A stretch of DNA of 64,000 bases. It comes from Eledone cirrhosa (taxonomy: Eukaryota). Where the stretch lies: the NCBI GenBank assembly GCA_964016885.1, contig OZ024757.1, positions 18,476,001 to 18,540,000 of the forward strand, read 5' to 3'. Both the position numbers and the translations under genes were made by a program. Below the pieces are notes generated by a model, which was given only the letters and a program-made list of their open reading frames with translations, made no database searches and was not told the DNA's origin. How positions within the stretch are numbered: the stretch's first letter is position 1; each line of letters opens with the position of its first letter. Below, in pieces: positions 1-12,566 of this stretch.

Positions 1-437
1 ACTGTTAGTTGCTAGGTTTAGTGTTTTGTATCTTACTCAATGCTTTGTTCTTAATTAAAAATGATTTTACTTTAGATGTAATTAATCATGTAATTATGTT
101 CTTAATTATGTTCTTAATTTAATTATTGTTGTCGTTATTGTTGTTGTTGTCTTTGTCGTTGCTGTTGTTATTGTCGTTGTTGTAATTTTTGTTGATGTCG
201 TTGTTATTGCTGTTGCTGTTATTGTTGTTGTTGTTGTTTAGCTTCAGTTCAGCCTTAATCAAACGGAAATAAGTTGAAACAACAAATGTCCTACGGCCTT
301 TCTGTGTTACTATAACACAAATATATCTAGGAGTACATTATCCAATGTGATCATAATCTACCTTTTAGGATTTGATGAATATTTTAAGGTGATACCCCTC
401 CCAGATAGACAGGTGGGGGGGGGTGTTGGTAGAGTCG

Positions 438-1010
438 TTAGAGTGCGCTGCTCAATGCATCTTGAAGTTGTTTGGCCGAGAAGATCATGTCAACTGTGCC
501 TCTGCCATTCCTAAAGCCACATTGCTGTTGAGGTACATCCTGAGTCCCAATGTGCTGTATCAATCTGTCCAACAATATCCTGCACAAGATCTTCCCAGCC
601 ACAGATAGCAGTGAGATGCTTCTGTAGTTGCCACAGTTATCTATGCCTCCCTTTCCTTTGTAAAGTACCACCATCAATGCCTCTTTCCAGTCCTGCGGTA
701 GATCTTCATTCCAAACATTCACAAAGAGATCAGTGAAGCAGTTAAAGAATTTATCACCAGCACACTTGAAAATCTTGTCACTCAGTCCCATCCATTCCAG
801 GTGACTTGGCAATGGCCTTCAAACCACCTCATCAAATGAAGGAGGATTAGTCATTGCCAGCTTTTAGGTCTGGATGGAATCGACCGGATGAACTCATCAT
901 CAATTTCTGATGGTCTGTTGAGAAGCTCATCAAAATGGTTATGCCACCTGATCAGGATTTCCTTTGGAGCGAGGTGGTCATATTTGTTGGACCATACACC
1001 TCCCTGAGCA
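438..1010 (-). mobile_element. RTE-clade LINE reverse transcriptase fragment (degenerate)
   Basis: ORF 438-812 contains LPQDWKEALMVVLYKGKG..NCGNYRSISLLSVAGKILCRILLDRL..QCGFRNGRGTVDMIF, the N-terminal RT motifs of RTE LINEs; frameshifted upstream. Confidence 0.9.
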
Positions 1011-1054
1011 GATTGTATAAGAGCTTTGTATCATGTCTACATACATATATACAT

Positions 1055-1365
1055 AGGATTAGAATACTGGAGCGTGTTTGAGTCAAACACCCTCTTCGTA
1101 TTATAGAAATGACAGTAAAAGGTATAGCTCAATGCAGTTAAACAGAGCCAAAAAATTAAGATTTATATAATTTTGTTGTTTATTATATAATTTTGTTGTT
1201 TATTATTTGTTATAAGTGTTTCTTGTAATTATATCATAGTATTGCCTCATGTATATTGAGTAGATGTATTAGTATTATTTTTCACTATTACCATGCTTAT
1301 TTTTAATATTCAAACTTCTAATAGGGCTTAATTTCTGTGTAATAGAACATAGATATGTGTATTGT

Positions 1366-1402
<37 letters not shown>

Positions 1403-1826
1403 ACATATATACATGTATATATTGTACCTTTTGATTTTTAATTTGGAATTTTAATGTTGGTATAAATATATTATTATTATAATGTATTATATTGTGTTAT
1501 ATATAATTCCTGCTCTATATAACCAAATTTGTTTAGATTTAGGTTGGTAGCTTTGGACTATATTTGTAATATGGTTCTTAATGTTATCTACATCCTTAGT
1601 TATTATAATTTTATTATTTTTATCTTTATTTTCATTTTTATTATCGTATATCTTTGCAAGACATTAGTGTATGTACACTCCATATTCTTCAGAGTTTCTG
1701 GCTTGTATCTGCCGATATTACCTCTTGTTGTTTTGATTGCCCTGATGAGTCCTTAATAGGACGAAACATTGTCGGCTAATAAAAACTTTTGATGTATTAA
1801 AGGATTCTTTGTTTTACTCTCTTAAT
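1055..1826. mobile_element. Hammerhead-bearing short repeat, family H1 (Penelope pLTR-like), with inverted 3' tail
   Basis: 1692-1826 matches 42722-42855 directly; 1055-1160 is the reverse complement of 42850-42958. Confidence 0.75.
1736..1780 (+). ncRNA. Type I minimal hammerhead ribozyme (H1)
   Basis: GCC-CTGATGA-GTCCT taat AGGAC-GAAAC-att-GTC^GGC: full core, 5-bp stem II, short stem III, GUC triplet, AATAAA at 1778-1783. Confidence 0.9.
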
Positions 1827-1981
1827 ACATATATACATACATAGATATATACATGCATACACATATACACACACACATACATACATACATACATACATAC
1901 ATACATACATACATACATACATACATACATACATACATACATACATACATACATACATACATACATACATACATACATACA
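1827..1981. repeat. (TACA)n microsatellite
   Basis: Direct reading. Confidence 0.98.
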
Positions 1982-1982
1982 A

Positions 1983-2978
1983 ACTGCATGCTTATCAGTA
2001 AAAAATCGTGCATGGATATGGTGCCAGGAAGCTCCAGAGTGAGAGTAATATAGATAAGGAAAGTAGTCTATCTTGGACCAAAAACCGCTATATTGGCTCC
2101 CACTTTGAAGGATACGCTTTTGCAATCCAAGAACAGGAAATCAACACGAAATGCCTGATTCACAAAAGAGATAGGGATGCAGGCAAAACACCTAGATGTG
2201 ACAAGTACAGACTCTGCAGAATTAACATCGATGATGTTACCCATGTCATAAGCAGCTGTCCAAAGAAGTCATCGCAGTACTATCTACCTATGAGGCATGA
2301 TGTAGTGGCCAAAACACTGTACAATGCAATCCGTAGAAAAGATAGCCCCGATAATAAACACATTAAAAGCTACAGCAATGTGGAAAGAGTACTGGTAGAA
2401 TGTTCCAATAAAATGCAGGCATAACAGACCAAATATTATGATATGGGACAGGGAAAAGAAGGCATGTACAGTAGTGGAAATTAGCTGCCCAGCAGATGCC
2501 AATATAATATTAAAGATTAGCGAAAAGGAGAATATTTATGCAGAACTGATGAGAAATCTGCAGATACTCCACCCTGATTATACCTTCAGATTTATACCTG
2601 TGATTATTGGGGCACTGGGGTATGTTAGTAACTGCCTCAATACAAATCTTGAGAAGTTGGGCTTCATAGGAACAGAAAGAACACAACTAGTTAGGGAATT
2701 ACAAGTACAATCCATTAATGGAACAGTAAAAATATGTAAAACATTCCAAAAATGTTGCATCTAATAACTGCATATACACGTACAGATACAAAGCATAAAC
2801 ACATGCACACATACAACTCAAAACATCCACACATACAATAACATCCATATCTACACATGCATGCAGGCATATCTACTTAGTTGATGTTGTGTAAATTCCA
2901 ATGAGAGAGTCTAAATTCCAATGTTAGAAACCGACTCTCTATTGGTAAAAATTTATGAAATTATAAAACCAGAAAATC
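1983..2978 (+). mobile_element. R4/Dong-type LINE 3' portion (restriction-like endonuclease), degenerate
   Basis: GYAFAIQEQEINTK, zinc-knuckle remnant RLC..VTHVISSC, RHDVVAK, then RPNIMIWD..VVEISCP..KENIY (PD-(D/E)xK-type endonuclease); frameshift near 2400; 3' UTR hairpin ccaatgagagagtc/gactctctattgg. Confidence 0.85.
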
Positions 2979-3180
2979 ATACATACACACATACATTCAT
3001 ACACACATATACATACACATACATACACACATATACATACATGCGTACATAAACACACACATACATACAAACGTACATAAACACACACATACACACATAC
3101 ATACATAAACATGCACACATACATAAATACATACACATATACATTCATACATACATACACACATACAAACATACATAAAT

Positions 3181-3213
<33 letters not shown>

Positions 3214-3414
3214 TACATACATAAACATGCACACATACATAAATACATACACACACATATACATTCATACATACATACATACACACATACATACATACAT
3301 AAATACACACACACACATACACATATACATACATACATACATACATACATACATACATACATACATACATACATACATACATACATACATACATACATAC
3401 ATACACACACACAT
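2979..3414. repeat. (CATA)n/(CA)n compound microsatellite
   Basis: Direct reading. Confidence 0.97.
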
Positions 3415-4013
3415 AATTGATACGTGATGTTTCTGTGACCATGTTTAACCCTAAGAAATACACAACACCTGTTCCATTGTTCCATACAATAAAACTCCAT
3501 AAAGTTATGGAAGACAATAGAGGAAGAAAATTACTAACATTACATAATCCATATATTTTTTCACAACAATGGAATTTTGATGGATGGTTATTTGTCGGCT
3601 ATTAATTGTTGTTCATCATATTGGCATTTGTTTATATTTCCTGCCACCATCTTGTAATCCCAGACTGCAGATAATGAGTGCAAGTTTATCCCATGGGTTT
3701 TAACAACGAGATCAAATAAAATTACTCCTGAGGCGGCTTCCATACTGAAGTGGAAGAAACAAACAGAAACGGGGCAGGGGGAGACAGGATGGCGGAGTTG
3801 GGGCGGACGGGGGGAGAATAAGAGGGAGAAGACAGGAGAGAGAGAAGGGAGAGAAGAGAGGGAGAAAGATGACATGACTGTAAATGTGAGAGAGAAGGGC
3901 AGTCATTGACTTTGTGTTTTTCTCTATAACCTGCAGCTTACATTGGTTTACTGATGTCATACGCAAACTTTTCAGTTCACTAAGTTTACTTCTATGTTTC
4001 TTTCAGTGAGTGC

Positions 4014-4045
<32 letters not shown>

Positions 4046-4420
4046 ATTGTTTCTACTATTGGCACAAGGCCAGCAAATTACCCAGTACATTACTGGTACT
4101 TTATTTTATCCACCTCGTAAGGATGAAAGGCAAAACTAATCTCTGAGGGATTTGAAATCAAACCATAACGGGTCATAACTCTATGCTGCAAAGCATGGCG
4201 TCCGACCCTCTACCGATACTGCCAATCCATGACTAATAATTGTTTCTACTTTTGGTACAAGGCCAGCAAATACTCCAGTACATTACTGGTACGTTATTTT
4301 ATCGACCCCGTAAGGATGAAAGGCAAAGTTAACCTCGACGGAATTTGAACTCAGTCCGTAAAAGGACGTAACTGTGCTGCAAAGTATGGCGTCCGACCCT
4401 CTACCGATGCTGCCAATCCA
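4046..4420 (-). mobile_element. Two adjacent tRNA-derived SINE copies
   Basis: On the minus strand: A box TGGCAGTATCGG, B box GTTCAAATCC-like, body ctttgcctttcatccttacggggtcgataaaataaagtaccag shared with about 20 copies in the window. Confidence 0.9.
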
Positions 4421-4505
4421 CACCAGTAATGTACTAGGGTAGATTTAATCGACTTCCCCATTCGAAATGTTATCTTTATCAGTGCGATGACAAAATCAGT
4501 AGAGC

Positions 4506-4705
4506 NNNNNNNNNNNNNNNNNNNNNNNNNNNNNNNNNNNNNNNNNNNNNNNNNNNNNNNNNNNNNNNNNNNNNNNNNNNNNNNNNNNNNNNNNNNNNNN
4601 NNNNNNNNNNNNNNNNNNNNNNNNNNNNNNNNNNNNNNNNNNNNNNNNNNNNNNNNNNNNNNNNNNNNNNNNNNNNNNNNNNNNNNNNNNNNNNNNNNNN
4701 NNNNN
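4506..4705. other. Assembly gap (200 N)
   Basis: Run of n. Confidence 1.
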
Positions 4706-4868
4706 TAAAATTTATTCTGGGATCAATTTTTGTCGACTTAATCAACGCTGCACTCCAGCATGACCGGACGGAGTCTAATGACTGAAACCAGTAAAAGATT
4801 GAAATTAAAATATTTCAGTCAATTTTAGCTGACGCAATCACCATTAATCGATCAGTTGTTTTTATCGA

Positions 4869-5498
4869 TTGGAAATACAATAATTGTTCCTACTTTAGGC
4901 ACAAGACCAGCAATTACCCCTAGTGCATTACTGGTACTTTATTTTATCGACCCAGTAAGGATGAAAGGCAAAGTCAACCTCGGAGGGATTTGAACTCAGA
5001 TCGTAAAGGGACGTAACTATGCTGGAAAGCATGGCGTCCGACCCTCTACCGATACTGCCAATTCACCGCCCTTTTGGAAATACAATAATTGTTTCTACTT
5101 TTGGCACAAGGCCAGCAATTACCCAGTGCATTACTGGTACTTTATTTTATCGACCCCGTAAGGATGAAAGGCAAAGTCAACCTCGGAGGGATTTGAACTC
5201 AGATCGTAAAGGGACGTAACTATGCTGGAAAGCATGGCGTCCGACCCTCTACCGATACTGCCAATTCACCGCTCTTTTGGAAATACAATAATTGTTTCTA
5301 CTTTTGGCACAAGGCCAGCAATTATCCCAGTGCATTACTGGTACTTTATTTTATCGACCCCGTAAGGATGAAAGGCAAAGTTAACCTCGGCGGGATTTGA
5401 ACTCAGAATGGCAAGGACCGTAACTCTATGCTGGAAAGCATGGCGTCCGACCCTCTACCGATACTGCCAATCCGCCGCCCTTTTGGAAATACAATAAT
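4869..5498 (-). mobile_element. Head-to-tail triplet of the tRNA-derived SINE
   Basis: Three ~204-bp units bounded by four copies of ttggaaatacaataat. Confidence 0.92.
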
Positions 5499-5765
5499 AA
5501 TACATACACAGTGGTACTCATACAGATAAAAAATAAATCTTTTAATGATCGAACTGACAGTATTGAAAGTAGGTCTTCGATGGATGAAACCGCTTCAACT
5601 ATCAAACCAAAACGACACGTGACATTGAAAAAACGTCCTTAATTCTTTCGTTTCTATATTTCTAATGGGACATTACTTATGATCCTCAAATAATTTTGAA
5701 AAATAATTAACAAATTCGAGGGATTTAATAATATAACTAACTTTCTCATTATTAAGTTAGTGTTG

Positions 5766-8262
5766 AATCCCGCTAAGGTCAGCTTTGCCTTTCATCCTTC
5801 CAGGGTCTATAAAATAATGTACCAGCTATGTATTAGGGTTGATTTAATCAACTTCGCTCTTCCAGGGTCTATAAAATAATGTACCAGCTATGTACTAGGG
5901 TTGATTTAATCAACTTCGCTCTTCCGGGGTCTATAAAATAATATACCAGCTATGTACTAGGGTTGATTTAATCAACTTCGCTCTTCCGGGGTCTATAAAA
6001 TAATGTACCAGCTATGTACTAGGGTTGATTTAATCAACTTCAATCTTCTGGGGTCTATAAAATAATGTACCAGCTATGTACTAGGGTTGATTTAATCAAC
6101 TTCGCTCTTCCGGGGTCTATAAAATAATGTACCAGCTATGTATTAGGGTTGATTTAATCAACTTCAATCTTCCGGGTCTATAAAATAATGTACCAGCTAT
6201 GTACTAGGGTTGATTTAATCAACTTCAATCTTCCGGGGGTCTATAAAATAATGTACCAGCTATGTATTAGGGTTCATTTAATCAACTTCGCTCTTCCAGG
6301 GTCTATAAAATAATGTACCAGCTATGTACTAGGGTTGATTTAATCAACTTTAATCTTCCGGGGTCTATAAAATAATGTACCAGCTATGTACTAGGGTTGA
6401 TTTAATCAACTTCATCCTTTCGGGGTCTATAAAATAATGTACCAGCTATGTACTAGGGTTGATTTAATCAACTTCAATCTCCCGGGGGTCTATAAAATAA
6501 TGTACCAGCTATGTATTAGGGTTCATTTAATCAACTTCGCTCTTCCAGGGTCTATAAAATAATGTACCAGCTATGTACTAGGGTTGATTTAATCAACTTC
6601 GCTCTTCCGGGGTCTATAAAATAATGTACCAGCTATGTACTAGGGTTGATTTAATCAACTTCGCTCTTCCGGGGTCTATAAAATAATGTACCAGCTATGT
6701 ATTAGGGTTGATTTAATCAACTTCATCCTTTCGGGGTCTATAAAATAATGTACCAGCTATGTACTAGGGTTGATTTAATCAACTTCATCCTTTCGGGGTC
6801 TATAAAATAATGTACCAGCTATGTACTAGGGTTGATTTAATCAACTTCAATCTCCCGGGGGGTCTATAAAATAATGTACCAGCTATGTACTAGGGTTGAT
6901 TTAATCAACTTCGCTCTTCCGGGGTCTATAAAATAATGTACCAGCTATGTACTAGGGTTGATTTAATCAACTTCGCTCTTCCGGGGTCTATAAAATAATG
7001 TACCAGCTATGTACTAGGGTTGATTTAATCAACTTCATCCTTTCGGGGTCTATAAAATAATGTACCAGCTATGTATTAGGGTTGATTTAATCAACTTCAA
7101 TCTTCCGGGGTCTATAAAATAATGTACCAGCTATGTACTAGGGTTGATTTAATCAACTTCAATCTTCTGGGGTCTATAAAATAATGTACCAGCTATGTAC
7201 TAGGGTTGATTTAATCAACTTCAATCTTCTGGGGTCTATAAAATAATGTACCAGCTATGTACTAGGGTTGATTTAATCAACTTCAATCTCCCGGGGGGTC
7301 TATAAAATAATGTACCAGCTATGTATTAGGGTTCATTTAATCAACTTCGCTCTTCCAGGGTCTATAAAATAATGTACCAGCTATGTACTAGGGTTGATTT
7401 AATCAACTTCAATCTCCCGGGGGGTCTATAAAATAATGTACCAGCTATGTATTAGGGTTCATTTAATCAACTTCGCTCTTCCAGGGTCTATAACATATTG
7501 TACCAGCTATGTACTAGGGTTCATTTAATCAACTTCAATCTCCCGGGGTCTATAAAATAATGTACCAGCTATGTATTAGGGTTCATTTAATCAACTTCGC
7601 TCTTCCGGGGTCTATAAAATAATGTACCAGCTATGTATTAGGGTTGATTTAATCAACTTCAATCTTCCGGGGTCTATAAAATAATGTACCAGCTATGTAC
7701 TAGGGTTGATTTAATCAACTTCAATCTTCCGGGGTCTATAAAATAATGTACCAGCTATGTACTAGGGTTGATTTAATCAACTTCGCTCTTCCGGGGTCTA
7801 TAAAATAATGTACCAGCTATGTACTAGGGTTGATTTAATCAACTTCGCTCTTCCGGGGTCTATAAAATAATGTACCAGCTATGTATTAGGGTTGATTTAA
7901 TCAACTTCAATCTTCCGGGGTCTATAAAATAATGTACCAGCTATGTACTAGGGTTGATTTAATCAACTTCAATCTCCCGGGGGTCTATAAAATAATGTCC
8001 CAGCTATGTATTAGGGTTCATTTAATCAACTTCGCTCTTCCGGGGTCTATAAAATAATGTACCAGCTATGTATTAGGGTTCATTTAATCAACTTCGCTCT
8101 TCCGGGGTCTATAAAATAATGTACCAGCTATGTATTAGGGTTCATTTAATCAACTTCGCTCTTCCGGGGTCTATAAAATAATGTACCAGCTATGTACTAG
8201 GGTTGATTTAATCAACTTCATCCTTCCGGGGTCTATAAAATAATGTACCAGCTATGTACTAG
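5766..8262 (+). repeat. ~62-bp minisatellite (~40 units) derived from the SINE body
   Basis: Unit ggggtctataaaataatgtaccagctatgtactagggttgatttaatcaacttcgctcttcc, preceded at 5766-5800 by SINE sequence aatcccgctaaggtcagctttgcctttcatcc. Confidence 0.95.
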
Positions 8263-8922
8263 TCCTGACATAAAATTGTTAAGAAAGAATTCTAGATAAA
8301 TGTAATCACTTTAAGATTAAATAAATAGTTTTGTATTGTAGAAGCAGGGTCCTAAGTCGTATGGGGCACCATATTAACATAGGACGTTTCTAGGGTATTT
8401 CTTAAACCTGGGGAGTCCATCTCCTCTCCAGGTCTGAATACAGCTCATTTCTTCCCTTCCAGAGAATGATAGACCGAGAGTGAGACAGAGAGATGGGGTT
8501 GGTGTTGACCCCAGTACTAGAGAGAGAGGGAGTCGACACAAGTAATAGAGAGGGGTCGACACGAGTAATAGAGAGAGAGAGAGGAGGTCGACCCCAGTAC
8601 TATGGAGAGATGGAGGTCGACACGAGTAATAGAGAGAGAGGGGGGGTCGACACGAATAATAGAGAGAGAGGAGGTCAACATCAGTACTAGTCAGGTACTG
8701 TTTATCGACTCGAAAGTATGAGAGACACAGTTGACGTCTGCGAGATTTCAACGAGAGTCATAACGAATACCGCCAAGCATTCTGTCCGACATTCGCCACC
8801 TTATAGCAAAACAGTTAATCAAAACGGAACTTCAAATCTAATTTGCTTTACTCTTAGTGAAACTTTATTTCAATTATGACTAATTCAGTGTTTCCATATA
8901 TTATTCTATTTCGACTCTATAG

Positions 8923-9789
8923 ACCTTCCTGTATCTCCTGAACAGTCTGTAAATATAACACAACTCTTTCTAGACCTTCCCGTATCTCCTAAACAGTCTG
9001 TAAATATAACACAACTCTTTCTAGACCTTCCCGTATCTCCTGAACAGTCTGTAAATATAACACAACTCTTTCTAGACCTTCCTGTATCTCCTGAACAGTC
9101 TGTAAATATAACACAACTCTTTCTAGACCTTCCCGTATCTCCTGAACAGTCTGTAAATATAACACAACGCTTTCTAGACCTTCCCGTATCTCCTGAACAG
9201 TCTGTAAATATAACACAACTCTTTCTAGACCTTCCCGTATCTCCTAAACAGTCTGTAAATATAACACAACTCTTTCTAGACCTTCCCGTATCTCCTGAAC
9301 AGTCTGTAAATATAACACAACTCTTTCTCGACCTTCCCGTATCTCCTGAACAGTCTGTAAATATAACACAACTCTGTCTAGACCTTCCCGTATCTCCTGA
9401 ACAGTCTGTAAATATAACACAACTCTTTCTAGACCTTCCCGTATCTCCTGAACAGTCTGTAAATATAACACAACTCTTTCTAGACCTTCCTGTATCTCCT
9501 GAACAGTCTGTAAATATAACACAACTCTTTCTCGACCTTCCCGTATCTCCTGAACAGTCTGTAAATATAACACAACTCTTTCTAGACCTTCCCGTATCTC
9601 CTGAACAGTCTGTAAATATAACACAACTCTTTCTAGACCTTCCCGTATCTCCTGAACAGTCTGTAAATATAACACAACTCTTTCTAGACCTTCCTGTATC
9701 TCCTGAACAGTCTGTAAATATAACACAACTCTTTCTAGACCTTCCCGTATCTCCTGAACAGTCTGTAAATATAACACAACTCTTTCTAG
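8923..9789 (+). repeat. 17 x 51-bp tandem array; candidate amplified phase-1 coding exon encoding (DLPVSPEQSVNITQLFL)n
   Basis: Exactly 867 nt between ctatAG (8921-8922) and GTatgg (9790); plus-strand frame has no stop. The array is certain, exon status is inferred. Confidence 0.6.
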
Positions 9790-10204
9790 GTATGGTTGGG
9801 TTAGGATAAGTTTTTTTCTGATTTTTTTTTTTTATTTCACAAGCAAAAATCAAATTCCCAACGTACAAATTTCAAATTTGTTCGTGAATTTATGTTAAAA
9901 ATTCCAGTAAGTTATCTGTAAAACCCAATAAAGTGGACTGACTGAATTCTTTTCAGCAATTTCTATTCTTTTCAGTTTGACATTGTCATTCTCTGGACAA
10001 ACAACATTATTCTAGTTCTTACTTAGAATTATGTCTCCCCCGCCATGCTTTTAAGGTTGTGACGCCAGAACCCTCCTGCCGTTATGGTTGATGTGTCACA
10101 GTTCTATCTCACCAGCCCAACAGGCTTTTGTGTGTATTTCACGTTTTCCTGTATACCGAAGTTTTTGTTCACTTTTGTCCTTGTTTGTGTTTGTTTCGGG
10201 GGGG

Positions 10205-10340
10205 GGGGGGGGCTGTATACACCATAACTGTTATACACCATAACTTTTATACACCATAGCTGTTTTCCACCATAGCTGTTACGCCCTATAACTGTTGTAC
10301 CCCATAGCTGTTATAGACTATAACTGTTACAGACCAAAAC
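10205..10340. repeat. Degenerate ~15-bp tandem repeat (ccataactgttatac-like)
   Basis: About 8 imperfect units following a G run. Confidence 0.7.
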
Positions 10341-10663
10341 TAGGCTTTTTCAGTCATTTTTCTCGTCAAAATGGAGTATATGTTAAATACATATGCGAGC
10401 AATACACGGAAAACTACGGTGTTCTTGAGCGGTGGCACATCCGTCCCCCTTTTTGTTTCCTTACTTCCATGATATTGCAGTGTTTTCATGTTGACTGGTC
10501 AGCAGATGCAAATAAAGACCCAACAAGTAAAACCGACCAACCACCATGATGTTTTCCAGCAGACCTGACTGTTTTTTTTTATACACTTGTATACTGGACT
10601 CGAAACACGCACCAATTTACTTCAAATCAAGTACTTAACTATATTATTTACTACTTAGAGAAG

Positions 10664-10775
10664 ACACGTGACTTAGTAGTTAGAGAATTAGATCCGCAGT
10701 TGTGAGGTTACGAGTTCAATTCCCAGACCGAGCTCTGCGTTATGTCCTTGAGAAACACATTATTTCACGTTGGTC
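10664..10775 (+). mobile_element. Second tRNA-derived SINE family, 5' part
   Basis: gtgacttagtagttag A-box-like and gagttcaattcc B box; homologous to the minus-strand copy at 56148-56258. Confidence 0.7.
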
Positions 10776-11147
10776 TTTCTGCCAGGAGTTGCGACCAGAA
10801 GATATTATCAGCAATAGAAAGACCAAGGAAACATTGTGTCCTTGGTCCGATTTGACGAGTTTCGCCCCACGATGTAAACGGACGAAGTCTGGCATGCTGT
10901 CGATCGACTTCCTAACTATATTACTAACCGGAAATTTGCGGCAATTCTGTCTTCCCTACCTTGTGGAAACAACATCTGACAAAACATCTGACAAAACAAC
11001 GAAGGTAAGCCGCAAACCTGTTCAAAGTTTTTTTAATTCATCTTGAAATTGTCAAAAGCTTTTTTTCTTGTTTATCCTCACAATTAATTTAACCCTTTTC
11101 TTCACTCACAATATATTTGAAATAAAATACATTTCATTTCAAATATA

Positions 11148-11646
11148 GATTGGCAGTGTCGGTAGAGAGTCAAGCACCATGCTTTGCAGCATAGAGTTAC
11201 GGTCCTTCACGGTCTGAGTTCAAATTCCCGCCGAGGTTAACTTTGCCTTTCATCCTTACGGGGTCGATAAAATAAAGTACCAGTCACGCACTGGGGTCAA
11301 TTTAATCGACTTCCCCCTTCCCCCAAATTACTGGCCTTGTGCCTATATAAGAAACCATTATTTATACTTCCCTCATACTCCCCCTCCTTCTCCTCTCTTC
11401 CTACTTCAACACGTTCACTAATCATAATAATTCGGACTTCTACTATAAGCACAAGACTAGCAATTTGTGGCAGGGAGGGGGTCGATTAAATCGACCCCAG
11501 TGCATTACTGGTACTTTATTTTATCGACCCCCGTAAGGATGTAAGTCAAAGCTAATCTCGGCGGGATTTGAACTCAGAATGTAAAGGGGCGTAACTCCAT
11601 GCGACGAAGCGTGGTCTCCGACGCTCCTACGACTCAACCAACCCAC
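11148..11646. mobile_element. Two SINE copies in opposite orientation (+ 11148-11358, - 11438-11646)
   Basis: Match to the SINE consensus of this window. Confidence 0.85.
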
Positions 11647-12201
11647 CGTTCTTATACATAATAATAATAATCGTCATTTCTTTTATTGGCCACAAGGGCC
11701 CAGAAATTCGGGGGACATTAGAAGGGAACCCAACTGAAGATAATGTTTCACCTCTACAGTTTGTTTTAAAATATGTGAAACGTTGATTAATTTACTCAGA
11801 AAATCCCTATTGAAAATCAATCTCACACACACATACACACGTGTGTGTGTGTAAATATATGTACTTATGTACAAACCTATCTACAAACGTGTGTGTGTGT
11901 GTGTAAATATCTATATATATGTATAAATGTATGTATATATATACACACATTTATACATATATATATAGATATTCACACACACACGTGTGTGTGTAAATAT
12001 GTATATATATATGTATAAATGCATATATATATATATATACATATATATAAATATTGTTTTTAAAAAAGTTTTTTCTGTTTTTCTATGAAAAAATTCTATT
12101 TTTTACATTTTTTCTTATTTTCTTTATATATTTTTTTTCTTTATATATATATATATATATACGATATTAATAAATGGAAACTATATTTATAAAACCATAT
12201 T

Positions 12202-12266
12202 TATTTCATTATACATATTTCAGGGATACCACATTAAATTATGGTATGCCTTCATCAGATAAAATA
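12202..12266 (-). ncRNA. Type I hammerhead ribozyme (H3)
   Basis: Minus: UAUUUUAU-CUGAUGA-AGGCAUACCA..UGGUAUCCCU-GAAA-UAUGUA-UA^AUGAAAUA. Confidence 0.8.
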
Positions 12267-12523
12267 CAATATATAACAGTTTTACAAATAGCTTTGACGT
12301 ACCCTTTTAAAATACAACCATTACTTTTGGAGGCTGTCTGTGTATAAAAGTATAACAGTATATATATATACTGTTATACTTTGGGAGGGTCATGTTGCCA
12401 ATAAGAAACACACGCATCAGTTGCTTTCACTCCAATTTATTATAAATTAAATTTATAAATTTAAGAATTTATAAATTTCCTGTTGGTTGGTTGGTTCCAC
12501 AACCGGACGGTTGTTCATATATT

Positions 12524-12566
12524 GTCAAAGTTCTTTCGTCACACATTCTGTGACCTCTTCAGTGAC
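12524..12566 (-). ncRNA. Type I hammerhead ribozyme (H5)
   Basis: Minus: GUCA-CUGAAGA-G-GUCACA gaaug UGUGAC-GAAA-GAAC-UU^UGAC. Host repeat 12371-12630 is homologous to 33340-33560. Confidence 0.7.

Noticed and set aside
5801-8262. CRISPR-like array (constant repeat with short variable part)
   Set aside because: The variable part is only 8-10 nt with about four recurring alleles, the unit derives from a SINE, the context is eukaryotic and there are no cas genes.
8906-9868. 320-aa minus-strand Cys-repeat ORF
   Set aside because: A 51-bp unit easily leaves frames open; splice signals bracket the array only on the plus strand.
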